A DNA stretch of 61,803 nt, from contig CABTZO010000001.1 in assembly GCA_902489335.1 (NCBI GenBank), forward strand, positions 1-61,803, written 5' to 3'. The notes below the pieces were generated by a model. It worked only from the letters and a program-made list of their open reading frames with translations, did not search any database and was not told the DNA's origin. This document shows positions 1 through 8,557 of this stretch, one piece after another; the first letter of the stretch is position 1; every line of letters begins with the position of its first letter. The position numbers were made by a program, and so were the translations under genes. The stretch is from an uncultured Oscillospiraceae bacterium. Its GTDB lineage: Bacteria > Bacillota > Clostridia > Oscillospirales > Acutalibacteraceae.

Positions 1-1
1 A

Positions 2-409
2 TATTATGATTCAGACGCTTTGAGCGGCAAAGATGTTGCAAACTTTTTTGGCGAAGATGAGAAAAAAGTTTTCAAAACTTTGGTCTTGCAAGGCAAAAGT
101 GGAGAACACTATGTAATGATTATACCATCATCAAATAAAATAGACCTTAAAAAAGCGGCAAAATCTGTTGACGAAAAATCTGTTTCAATGATTTTGCAAA
201 AAGACCTTGAGCCTTTAACCGGCTACGAACACGGTGGCTGTTCGCCGATCGGTATGAAAAAAGTATTCACAACAATCATACAAAAACAGGCTTTTGACTA
301 CGACACCATTTATATCAGCGGTGGACGAATAGGTCTACAACTTGAAATTGATCCAAATGAACTTCAAAAAATAATAAAAATAAAAATAGGTGATGTAATT
401 GAAGACTAA
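2..409 (+). CDS. ybaK: YbaK/EbsC-type aminoacyl-tRNA (Cys-tRNA(Pro)) deacylase, 5' end cut by window edge
   Basis: The frame is open from nt 2, so the TTG at 20 is probably internal. The translation shows YbaK/ProX editing-domain hallmarks (KTLVL..., EHGGCSPIG, YISGG). Confidence 0.75.
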   Translation, partial: YYDSDALSGKDVANFFGEDEKKVFKTLVLQGKSGEHYVMIIPSSNKIDLKKAAKSVDEKSVSMILQKDLEPLTGYEHGGCSPIGMKKVFTTIIQKQAFDYDTIYISGGRIGLQLEIDPNELQKIIKIKIGDVIED

Positions 410-815
410 AAATTTGATAAAAACAATATCGTTCATGCTTTGCTTGATTGCATCAATGCTTTTTCTGTTGTCCTGCAGTGATAAAACCGTCAACGATTTA
501 CAACTTCCTAAAAAAGAACATACGGAAAAGATTGAAGTGAAACATAACGAAGAAACTTTTTTTATTACAGACAAAGAAGAGATTTCAAAGCTTATAGACG
601 CTTTTCAGCTTGCGAAACTCACAAAACAAAAAAGCGTTCAAGATTTTCCGACCGCTTCTGATGACTATTACCTTTTATGCTTTAAAGATAAAAATAATGA
701 GGAAATTTATAAAATTTTCGCTTATAAAAAGAATAAAAAATATTATATTGAAAAACCATATCAAGGAATATATAGGATTGCGGATGATGAATTTAATTTG
801 TTGACAAACAAGTAA
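399..815 (+). CDS. Small secreted lipoprotein, unknown function
   Basis: TTG start 5 nt after AGGTGA. The N-terminus has a K-rich n-region, a hydrophobic core and a lipobox (LLSC|SD). Confidence 0.6.
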   Translation: MKTKNLIKTISFMLCLIASMLFLLSCSDKTVNDLQLPKKEHTEKIEVKHNEETFFITDKEEISKLIDAFQLAKLTKQKSVQDFPTASDDYYLLCFKDKNNEEIYKIFAYKKNKKYYIEKPYQGIYRIADDEFNLLTNK

Positions 816-820
816 AAACA

Positions 821-840
821 AGACGGGCAATTGCCCGTCT
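821..840. terminator. Bidirectional intrinsic terminator (perfect palindrome agacgggcaattgcccgtct)
   Basis: An 8-bp GC-rich stem flanked by an A-run and a T-run, between convergent genes. Confidence 0.7.
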
Positions 841-855
841 TTCTTAATGTTAAGG

Positions 856-1173
856 TTAAAACCAACCACCGTTATATTTCTTTTGAATTATATGCATCGG
901 AACAGATGCAATCAAAAATCCGACAATTAAAACTGCGCCGATGGCCCCGGAATCTGTAAACAAAGATATAATACCGGCAATAATGATAGGAAGTGTGAAA
1001 AAGCACAAAGCTTTTCCCATCGCTCTGCCATAGGCTTTTTTGTCTTTAACATTTCTTTGATGATATTCGTGAATGAGTTTTGTGTTGCCCTTGTAGACAA
1101 GAATTGCGATTATATTCAATCCTATTGCAACAGCGAATAAAATTATCGAGCCGAATATTTTTCCAAAATCCAT
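856..1173 (-). CDS. Small integral membrane protein (3 predicted TM segments), unknown function
   Basis: 105 aa ORF with hydrophobic segments at both ends and a basic central loop. Confidence 0.55.
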   Translation of the reverse strand: MDFGKIFGSIILFAVAIGLNIIAILVYKGNTKLIHEYHQRNVKDKKAYGRAMGKALCFFTLPIIIAGIISLFTDSGAIGAVLIVGFLIASVPMHIIQKKYNGGWF

Positions 1174-1222
1174 AATTCACCACTCAATCTAACGTCAAAA
1201 ATCTAAAACCTATCATCTAAAT

Positions 1223-1297
1223 TGGCACCCCCTGCAGGAATCGAACCTGCAACTAATCCTTAGGAGGGATTTGTTATATCCATTTAACTAAGGGGGC
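1223..1297 (-). tRNA. tRNA-Arg (anticodon CCU), CCA encoded
   Basis: Reverse complement is GCCCCCTTAGTTAAATGGATATAACAAATCCCTCCTAAGGATTAGTTGCAGGTTCGATTCCTGCAGGGGGTGCCA. It folds as a cloverleaf with anticodon stem AATCC/GGATT, loop CUCCUAA, a GTTCGATTC T-loop and a 7-bp acceptor stem. Confidence 0.85.
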
Positions 1298-1342
1298 AAA
1301 CTTTAAAATAATTTTATCACAACCTTATCCTATTAACAAATA

Positions 1343-1362
1343 AAAACCGCCGCAGCGGTTTT
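1343..1362 (-). terminator. Intrinsic terminator ending the T-box operon
   Basis: Hairpin aaaaccgc-cgca-gcggtttt. On the minus strand it is followed by TTTTTATTT and it abuts the TAA stop at 1362-1364. Confidence 0.7.
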
Positions 1363-3893
1363 TATTTGTTCTTATCTTTCAAACGATTTATCGCATCTTC
1401 TCTTAGTTTTGTCTTCAGAACTTTTCCTGCATGATTCATCGGAAACTCGCTTATAAATTCGACATATCTCGGCACTTTATGTCTTGCCATATTTTGTCGG
1501 ACAAAATCTTTCATCTCATCTTCTGTCATTTTCTCGTTTTCTTTTAGAATCACAGACGCCAAAATCTCTTCGCCGTATTTTTCGTCGGGAACACCTATGA
1601 CCTGAACGTCGCTCACTTTGGTATTTGTGTAGATGAATTCTTCAATCTCTTTGGGATAAATATTTTCGCCGCCGCGAATTATCATATCTTTCAGCCTACC
1701 CGTTATCTTGAAATTTCCGTCCTCTGTTTTAATCGCAAGATCTCCCGTATGTAACCAGCCGTCGTTGTCAATCGCACTCTTTGTTGCCTTTGGCATTTTA
1801 TAATATCCTTTCATAACATTATATCCACGTGCGATAAATTCACCGGTCTCATTTATTTTGCAATCTTGTCCGGTATTTGGATCTATTATTTTGCACTCAA
1901 TTTCAGGTAAAGGTCTTCCGACAGTTGAAACTCTGACATCAAGAGGGTCGTCGACAAAACTCATCGTGCAGCCGGGTGCGGCTTCCGTTTGACCGTAGAC
2001 AATGGTTATCTCACTCATATTCATTTTTTCGACGACATCTTTCATCACTTTCATCGGGCAGGGACTTCCCGCCATAATTCCCGTTCGCATAAATGAAAAA
2101 TCCGTTTTAGAAAAGTCTTCGTGATTTAACATCGCAATAAACATTGTCGGTACGCCGTGACAAGCGGTAATATGCTCATTATTTATACAACTTAAAGATG
2201 ATTTCGGCGTAAAATACGCAAGTGGATACAGAGTTGTGCCATGGGTAATTCCCGCAATCATCGCAAGCACCATGCCAAAACAATGAAACATCGGTACATG
2301 AATCAAAAGTCTGTCGGCAGTCGAAAAGTCCATTCTGTCTCCGATACACTTTCCGTTATTTATAATATTATAATGCGTCAACATTACGCCTTTTGGAAAT
2401 CCCGTCGTTCCGGAAGTATATTGCATATTGCAAACATCATCTTTGCTAACCCTTTCAGCCATTGCATAGACAGTTTGCAAACTCGTTTTGTCTTTTTGTT
2501 TCAAAGATTCAATAAAGCTCAGAGTTCCTTTTTTCTTAAATCCGACCGTAATAATGTTTCGAAGCATAGGCAGGCGTCTTGCATAAAGAGGATCATCTTT
2601 CTTTTTAGTCTTTATTTCCGGACACAATTCTTCAATTATAGCACTGTAATCAGACAGCTTTGAACCTTTTGTCATAATCAAAGTGTGTGCGTCCGACTGT
2701 TTAAGAAGATATTCGGCTTCGTGTATTTTATATGCGGTATTCATCGAAACCAAAACCGCGCCGATTTTTGTTGTTGCCCAAAAAGCTATATACCACTCGG
2801 GAATATTCGGCGCCCAAATTGCAACGTGAGAGCCTGCTTTTACACCCAAAGATACCAAGGCTCTTGCAAAATCGTCGACATCATCCCGAAACTCGGAAAA
2901 TGTCCTAGTGTAATCCAAAGTCGTATATTTTATGGCACATTGATCCGGAAAAGCCTTAACCATTTTATCCAAAAGTGACGGCAAAGTTTCCGAAATCAAA
3001 ACATCTTTTTTCCACAACATTTTCCCGGTGTGCGATCTGTTGTAATAAAAATTTTCTTTATTTTTTGACGGGTCGGCAAATCTCTGCATAAAACCGTTAA
3101 ATTGAGTCAGAATAATTTCAATATCCTTGTATTCATCCAAAAGTTCTTTTTCACAGACAAAAGTTATAAATCCGTTATAGTTAATTGATGAAAGCGCATC
3201 CATAATTTCATCGGCGGGAAGGCTTCCCTCACCCATAATACGAGATTTCCAAATGCCGTTTTCGTTTATAGCATCTGCAAAATGAATATGTTTAATATAT
3301 GCGCCAAGATTTTCTATTGTATGTTGAGGATCTTTTTCACCGTAAAGGCAGGTTCCCTTTACATTCCACAAAGCGCCCAACTCTAGTGAAGGATTTTCTT
3401 CGAATAAGGCTCTCAAAAGTTCGGTGTCACAGAATACGCCCTTTGTTTCAATCAAAAGTTGAACTCCGCTCTTTCTTGCCTTATCCGACATCGGCTTGAG
3501 TTCTTTTTCAAGTAAAGATAAAAACTCTGATTTATCTTCAAAAGAAGTCATAAACTGAAGTCTGACGTAAGGAATATCTAAAATTTCCGCTATATAAACG
3601 CATTTTTCAAGTTCGGAATATGCATTTTTATAATTTTCATTGTCTTTATTTTTAATACAAAGCGCCGACATATCGGAGGTTGTATCCATACAGACAAGCG
3701 AAAGTTTATTGTCTAAAAGAAACCGCCTTGTTTTCGCACTTGTATAATCGTGAAAAGCGCCCATTTTATCAGTAAAAAGGCTGTTTTTTATGTTATGAAG
3801 CTCCAACCCTTGAAAGTCCGTGTCTTTAGCGATTTGGCACAGTTTATTAAAATTATAATCGCTGTAGCATTTGGTAGAAAAAGAAAGTTTCAT
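1362..3893 (-). CDS. Fusion protein: N-terminal xylose-isomerase-like TIM-barrel (AP_endonuc_2 / sugar-phosphate isomerase-epimerase family) plus C-terminal AMP-forming acyl-CoA synthetase (FadD-like)
   Basis: Residues 1-~270 carry TIM-barrel motifs (LIETKG, IKHIHFAD, GFITFVCE). The remainder carries adenylate-forming motifs (YTSGTTGFPKGVMLTH, YGQTE, GWLHTGD, GRLKDMIIRGGENIYP). RBS GAGGAG lies upstream of the ATG. Confidence 0.85.
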   Translation of the reverse strand: MKLSFSTKCYSDYNFNKLCQIAKDTDFQGLELHNIKNSLFTDKMGAFHDYTSAKTRRFLLDNKLSLVCMDTTSDMSALCIKNKDNENYKNAYSELEKCVYIAEILDIPYVRLQFMTSFEDKSEFLSLLEKELKPMSDKARKSGVQLLIETKGVFCDTELLRALFEENPSLELGALWNVKGTCLYGEKDPQHTIENLGAYIKHIHFADAINENGIWKSRIMGEGSLPADEIMDALSSINYNGFITFVCEKELLDEYKDIEIILTQFNGFMQRFADPSKNKENFYYNRSHTGKMLWKKDVLISETLPSLLDKMVKAFPDQCAIKYTTLDYTRTFSEFRDDVDDFARALVSLGVKAGSHVAIWAPNIPEWYIAFWATTKIGAVLVSMNTAYKIHEAEYLLKQSDAHTLIMTKGSKLSDYSAIIEELCPEIKTKKKDDPLYARRLPMLRNIITVGFKKKGTLSFIESLKQKDKTSLQTVYAMAERVSKDDVCNMQYTSGTTGFPKGVMLTHYNIINNGKCIGDRMDFSTADRLLIHVPMFHCFGMVLAMIAGITHGTTLYPLAYFTPKSSLSCINNEHITACHGVPTMFIAMLNHEDFSKTDFSFMRTGIMAGSPCPMKVMKDVVEKMNMSEITIVYGQTEAAPGCTMSFVDDPLDVRVSTVGRPLPEIECKIIDPNTGQDCKINETGEFIARGYNVMKGYYKMPKATKSAIDNDGWLHTGDLAIKTEDGNFKITGRLKDMIIRGGENIYPKEIEEFIYTNTKVSDVQVIGVPDEKYGEEILASVILKENEKMTEDEMKDFVRQNMARHKVPRYVEFISEFPMNHAGKVLKTKLREDAINRLKDKNK

Positions 3894-3896
3894 AAA

Positions 3897-5264
3897 CTAA
3901 CTCTCCTCATACATAATCTTATTGACCGCATTTATATAAGCCATTATACTTGCGCCTATTATATCGGTTGAGACGCCTTTTCCGGAATATAGTTTTCCGT
4001 CAGAACGAAGTTTTACCAAGGTTACACCGATAGCTTCCTTGCCTTTTGTGACTGATTTAATCTGAAAATCGTCAAGTTCATATCTCTTTCCGACAATGTT
4101 GTCAAGAGCCAAAAATGCGGCGTCAATCGGTCCGTTTCCGCTTGCAAGTCCGACATATTCTTTGCCCTCTTTTTCAACTGTAATCTGTGCATTTGAAGAA
4201 AAGGAACTTACGCTTGTAATCACATAATTTTTAACTTTGTAGACCGACGGTGCTTGCAGTGCAACTCCGGCAATAATTGCGTCTAATTCAACCGCACCGA
4301 CATTTTTGTTTTTCACCACTTTTTTTACTTCGTTAAATACTTTGAGTTTATCTTCATTTGAAAGATCATATCCCAAACTTTCAATCGCTTCGACGACAAC
4401 CGTTTCATCATCATTTACATCAAGTATGATTTTGCTTTCTATCTGCGAATCATCTTTAATATCAAACTTTATTTTATCGTTTTGCCGGGGAGAATCAATT
4501 TGAGAAATATTATTTACGGTTTTATATAGTTTTGAATATTCTATATTGCTGTCAATCAGATATTTATTTCCGTTTTCCCTTAAAAACTCACAAAACTCCG
4601 TAAGCGGTGTGATTTCCCCGTTTATTTGAGTCTTGACAAAATTAAATCCGTTTTTCACCGCCATAGCAGATGTCGCATTTGCAGTGTTTATTTTATTATA
4701 CGCACAAACCGCCAAATTTGATTTATTTTCAAAAGCTATTTTTTCTGTTAAGTTCAAATATTCATCGGGCAAAACACTTGAAGCACTGTCGCAGATTGTT
4801 ACAAAAGAAACTTCTTTGGAAAAAGCTTCGGATACAACTTCCTTAAGAAAGTTTTTATCCGCTCTTGTCGCATCTATGGCACAAAGTTCAATCGTTTCAG
4901 CATAAGATTTCATTTCTTCAATACTTGTTTTAATGTAACTTAAAACATCTTGCGGTTTCTTATGAAAAAGATATTCCATTCCGAGAGTCGAAACGGGAAC
5001 TTCCAAACGAAGCACATAATCTTTTCTGTCGCCGAAAGCGTCCTTTAATTTACCAAAAGGAACAGAGAGTTTAGCGTGACCGAGCAAGCCCAAAAGTGTC
5101 TTAACGAACAACAAATCTACTTTTTCGTCTTGAAGTTGAGGAAGTTCTATAACATCGACGCCCAACCTGTCAAGTTGCTTTGCTATTTCAAGTTTTTCTT
5201 TGAATGTAAACTCTTTATCATTTCTACAGAGCGTAGAATCAATAATCGTTATTTTTCTCATCTT
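3897..5264 (-). CDS. LeuA/CimA-like (HMGL-family) protein with degenerate catalytic motifs and an intact C-terminal LeuA_dimer regulatory domain
   Basis: Start moved to MRKITII (ATG 5264, RBS AAAGGAG 8 nt upstream). Canonical DTTLRDGEQ reads DSTLCRNDK and HCHND reads CAYNK. The C-terminus keeps GNGPIDAAFLALDNI...TDIIGASIMAYINAVNKI. Confidence 0.75.
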   Translation of the reverse strand, partial: KMRKITIIDSTLCRNDKEFTFKEKLEIAKQLDRLGVDVIELPQLQDEKVDLLFVKTLLGLLGHAKLSVPFGKLKDAFGDRKDYVLRLEVPVSTLGMEYLFHKKPQDVLSYIKTSIEEMKSYAETIELCAIDATRADKNFLKEVVSEAFSKEVSFVTICDSASSVLPDEYLNLTEKIAFENKSNLAVCAYNKINTANATSAMAVKNGFNFVKTQINGEITPLTEFCEFLRENGNKYLIDSNIEYSKLYKTVNNISQIDSPRQNDKIKFDIKDDSQIESKIILDVNDDETVVVEAIESLGYDLSNEDKLKVFNEVKKVVKNKNVGAVELDAIIAGVALQAPSVYKVKNYVITSVSSFSSNAQITVEKEGKEYVGLASGNGPIDAAFLALDNIVGKRYELDDFQIKSVTKGKEAIGVTLVKLRSDGKLYSGKGVSTDIIGASIMAYINAVNKIMYEES

Positions 5265-5281
5265 TCTGCTCCTTTTGAAAC

Positions 5282-5308
5282 AAATTTCCGAGTTTAACTC
5301 GGAAATTT
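5282..5308 (-). promoter_or_regulatory. Intercistronic 11-bp perfect stem-loop (aaatttccgag-tttaa-ctcggaaattt)
   Basis: Seen directly in the 48-nt gap between the OFOR gamma gene and the LeuA-like gene. On the minus strand it is followed by GTTTCAAAAGGAG (a weak U-tract, then the RBS). Confidence 0.5.
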
Positions 5309-5312
5309 GCAA

Positions 5313-5852
5313 TTAGTCTTGATAATTAACGCCTATTTTTATTGCCTTTAAATTATAGTCAAATAAATCTGCTTTTCTTTTGGAAATTATCTTTTTGAGA
5401 GTTGTTTCAACCATATTTTCATCAAATTCATCAAAGACTTTCATCATCTTTCCCGCAATAATCATATTTGCAAGTGTAGGTATATCATTTTCACTTGCCA
5501 ATCCCGTGGCAGGTATATAATAAACGGTGACATCGTCTCGTTTAACTTTTCTGTCTATCAGCGATGAATCAGCAAAAATCATACCGCCGCTTTTAACAGA
5601 ATTTTCAAATCGATCGAGAGACGGGAGATTCATTGCGACCAAGACATCCGGTTTTGAAACAATCGGTGATCCGACAGGCTCATCTCCGACAATTACACTG
5701 CAACTTGCGGTACCTCCGCGCATTTCCGGACCGTAAGACGGAAGCCAACTTACATTTTTATCTTCAAGTAAACTTTTATAAGCGATGAACTTTCCGGTAA
5801 ACAGAATTCCCTGTCCGCCGAATCCCGAAAACAACAAGTTTCTGTTACTCAT
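5313..5852 (-). CDS. 2-oxoacid:ferredoxin oxidoreductase, gamma subunit
   Basis: 179 aa with the N-terminal GFGGQGIL motif typical of OFOR gamma subunits. It overlaps the beta gene by 4 nt. Confidence 0.85.
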   Translation of the reverse strand: MSNRNLLFSGFGGQGILFTGKFIAYKSLLEDKNVSWLPSYGPEMRGGTASCSVIVGDEPVGSPIVSKPDVLVAMNLPSLDRFENSVKSGGMIFADSSLIDRKVKRDDVTVYYIPATGLASENDIPTLANMIIAGKMMKVFDEFDENMVETTLKKIISKRKADLFDYNLKAIKIGVNYQD

Positions 5853-6607
5853 TTTGTTGCCTCCCTTTCCGCACTACGATCTTTATATACGCCTAAAGGA
5901 TAATATGGAATCATTTTATCGTCTATCCACTTTAAAGCCTCTTTTGGTGTCAAGCCCCAGTTTGTGGGGCAGGTTGACAGAACTTCAATAAGAGAAAAGC
6001 CCTTGTTTTCAAGCTGATTTTGAAATCCTTTTTTTATTGCCTTTTTGGCGTTTTTTATTCCCTTAATGCTGTTAACCGTAACTCGTTCAAGATATTCGGG
6101 GCCCTCAAGTTCGGATAACATTTCACAAACCTTTATCGGATATCCGCAATCTTCTGCTTTACGTCCGTAGGGCGAAGTTTGTGTAACTTGATCTATCAGC
6201 GAAGTCGGGGCCATTTGACCGCCGGTCATGCCGTATATTGCGTTGTTTATAAATATTATTGTTATATTTTCATTTCTTGCCGCCGAATGAACAGTTTCCG
6301 CCATTCCGATTGATGCAAGATCGCCATCACCCTGATATGAAAACACAATATTATTCTCGGGATCCGCTCTCTTTACACCGGTTGCAACTGCGGGCGCTCT
6401 TCCGTGTGCCGCTTCGATCATATCAAAATTAAAATAATTATAGGCTAAAACTGAACAACCGACAGGTGCAATTCCTATTGTTCTGCCCTCAATTCCAAGT
6501 TCGTCAACAGCTTCCGCTATCAGTCTATGCACAATTCCGTGAGTACATCCCGGGCAATAGTGCAGGGGCTCATCAGATAAAGATTTTGGTTTATCAAATA
6601 CTACCAT
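5849..6607 (-). CDS. 2-oxoacid:ferredoxin oxidoreductase, beta (TPP-binding) subunit
   Basis: Carries CPGCTHG, the GDGD...NN TPP motif (YQGDGDLASIG...FINNAIYGMTGGQ) and STCPTNWG. Confidence 0.9.
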   Translation of the reverse strand: MVVFDKPKSLSDEPLHYCPGCTHGIVHRLIAEAVDELGIEGRTIGIAPVGCSVLAYNYFNFDMIEAAHGRAPAVATGVKRADPENNIVFSYQGDGDLASIGMAETVHSAARNENITIIFINNAIYGMTGGQMAPTSLIDQVTQTSPYGRKAEDCGYPIKVCEMLSELEGPEYLERVTVNSIKGIKNAKKAIKKGFQNQLENKGFSLIEVLSTCPTNWGLTPKEALKWIDDKMIPYYPLGVYKDRSAEREATK

Positions 6608-6617
6608 AATTTCCTCC

Positions 6618-7670
6618 TCACTTACTTGCTTTCACTATGGCATCCAACACCTGTTCGGGTGTCGGTATCATGCCGCCGGTTCTGTTGCAAAGTTCAACGG
6701 GCACCTTACATTCACAAGCGAGTTTTACATCTTCAATCATTTGTCCCATCGACATTTCAACTGTAATAATCTTTTTAACCTTGTTTGCTGCTTCATTAAA
6801 TACCTTTTTAGGAAACGGCCATAAAGTTATTGGTCTGAGTAGTCCTACTTTTATTCCCATTTTACGCGCTTCGTTTATTGCATTTTTTGAAACTCTTGCG
6901 GAAATTCCGAAAGCGGCAATGCAAATTTCGGCATCGTCCATAAGATAACTTTCATACATCGTTTCGTTTTCTTCGATTTTTTTATATCTTTCATATCTGG
7001 CAAAAACTTTATCTTCCAGTGTTTGAGGATCTAAGAAAAGAGAATTTATAACATTCTTCTCTCTCTTTCCTTTTGTTCCGTCAGTCGCCCACGGTTTTTC
7101 AACCTTATCTTCAATTTTAAAATCTAAAGATACGGGTTCCATCATCTGTCCGAGTGTTCCGTCGGCTAAAATCATTGATGTCATTCTGTATTTATCTGCA
7201 AGATCAAAACCTTTGACGGTAAGTTCCGCCATTTCCGCAACAGATGCGGGTGCCAAAACTATCAAATGAAAATCTCCGTGTCCGCCGCCCTTGGTTGCCT
7301 GAAAATAATCTGACTGACTCGGTTGAATTCCTCCGAGTCCGGGTCCGCCTCTTTGAACATTGACTACAAGAGCGGGCAAGTCTGCTCCGGCAAGATATGA
7401 AAGTCCTTCACTTTTTAATGCAATTCCGGGACTTGAAGAAGAGGTCATTACTCTTTTGCCTGCGGAAGAAACTCCGTATACCATGTTTATTGCGGCAATT
7501 TCACTCTCTGCCTGTAAAAACACTCCTCCGATTTTAGGCATTCTCTTTGCCATGTATGCGGCAACTTCCGTTTGTGGCGTAATAGGATATCCGAAATAAT
7601 GTCTGCAACCTGCAATGATAGCGGCTTCCGCTATCGCTTCGTTGCCTTTCATCAAAACTTTTTCTGTCAT
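6618..7670 (-). CDS. 2-oxoacid:ferredoxin oxidoreductase, alpha subunit
   Basis: 350 aa with typical alpha-subunit blocks (GNEAIAEAAI.AGCR.YFGYPITPQTE, QRGGPGLG). Confidence 0.9.
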   Translation of the reverse strand: MTEKVLMKGNEAIAEAAIIAGCRHYFGYPITPQTEVAAYMAKRMPKIGGVFLQAESEIAAINMVYGVSSAGKRVMTSSSSPGIALKSEGLSYLAGADLPALVVNVQRGGPGLGGIQPSQSDYFQATKGGGHGDFHLIVLAPASVAEMAELTVKGFDLADKYRMTSMILADGTLGQMMEPVSLDFKIEDKVEKPWATDGTKGKREKNVINSLFLDPQTLEDKVFARYERYKKIEENETMYESYLMDDAEICIAAFGISARVSKNAINEARKMGIKVGLLRPITLWPFPKKVFNEAANKVKKIITVEMSMGQMIEDVKLACECKVPVELCNRTGGMIPTPEQVLDAIVKASK

Positions 7671-7888
7671 TGATTTTTCTCCTCCTTTTCAACGGAAATT
7701 ACGCAGTCAGGACACATCATGGCACAGAAAGCACAACTGATACAGTCCGCTTCTCTTACCGCCTCCACAGGATGATGTCCTTTCTTATTTATAGCCGTTT
7801 TAGATAATTCAAGAACTTTTTTGGGACAAACATCTACACAAAGACCACAGCCTTTACATCTGTCTTCCATTATTGTTAGCTTCTTCAT
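7667..7888 (-). CDS. 2-oxoacid:ferredoxin oxidoreductase, delta subunit (2x[4Fe-4S] ferredoxin)
   Basis: 73 aa with two CxxCxxCxxxCP motifs (CKGCGLCVDVCP, CISCAFCAMMCP). It overlaps the alpha gene by 4 nt. Confidence 0.9.
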   Translation of the reverse strand: MKKLTIMEDRCKGCGLCVDVCPKKVLELSKTAINKKGHHPVEAVREADCISCAFCAMMCPDCVISVEKEEKNQ

Positions 7889-7906
7889 CGATTATTCCTT
7901 TCCAAA

Positions 7907-8557
7907 TCAAATTGTTGTTTGCAATTTCAAAGGGAACAAATTATTTATTCTGTCTTTCAAACTGTCGTATAAATCTTCTCTCACACTTGTCATTACAATC
8001 GGCAGATTTGTCCTTTTCGATAGCTCTTCGGCTTTTTTTACAGAGTTTAAAATATCTTTTTCGTCGGTTGCACTGCCGATATTTGAATTATTTATAATGC
8101 CGGTGAAATGAAATCTTGAAGCAAATTCAATCTCTTCCATTATTTTTATTATGTCTTCCACTTCAGAGCTTAAAGGTCTGTAAAAATTAACTGTAACAAA
8201 CATATCATATTCGTCTTCCCCCACTCTCGAATGCAGTCTTCCTAAAGCAAGGGCTCCTCTTTCGTCTCCGCCGACATCGACGATGAAATTAAAATCTTTT
8301 TCATCTGCGACAGAATACATTTGTTGAGGAAGAGATGGAATATCTAAATTACTGTTTGCAAAGTCTGAGGCAATGAGTTCAATATTGTATTTTGATAAGA
8401 TTTCTTTGCTGTCCTTTGTTCTGAAATAGGGATTGACTATATCAAGATCGGCAATTTTTATTTTTTCGTTTTCCTTTGCCTTTTTTATAGCCAAATTTAC
8501 CGCAACATTTGTTTTCCCGCTGCCGTAATGACCGGCAATAAATGTAACTCTTTTCAT
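7907..8557 (-). CDS. P-loop NTPase (SIMIBI class, MinD/CooC-like), unknown role
   Basis: Start moved to MKRVTFIAGHYGSGKT, where the ATG overlaps the ilvE TGA (TGATG). It has a Walker A motif (GHYGSGKT) and a DVGGDE Walker-B-like motif. Confidence 0.7.
   Translation of the reverse strand: MKRVTFIAGHYGSGKTNVAVNLAIKKAKENEKIKIADLDIVNPYFRTKDSKEILSKYNIELIASDFANSNLDIPSLPQQMYSVADEKDFNFIVDVGGDERGALALGRLHSRVGEDEYDMFVTVNFYRPLSSEVEDIIKIMEEIEFASRFHFTGIINNSNIGSATDEKDILNSVKKAEELSKRTNLPIVMTSVREDLYDSLKDRINNLFPLKLQTTI

Noticed and set aside
5265-5312. N-terminal extensions offered by the ORF track: LeuA-like to 5312, NTPase to 8587, gdhA to 14563, pseudo-ATPase to 26346, YtxH-like to 44604 and EF-G paralogue to 46760.
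   Set aside because: Internal ATGs have good Shine-Dalgarno sequences and match family N-termini. The extensions overlap upstream genes or a hairpin and add non-homologous residues.
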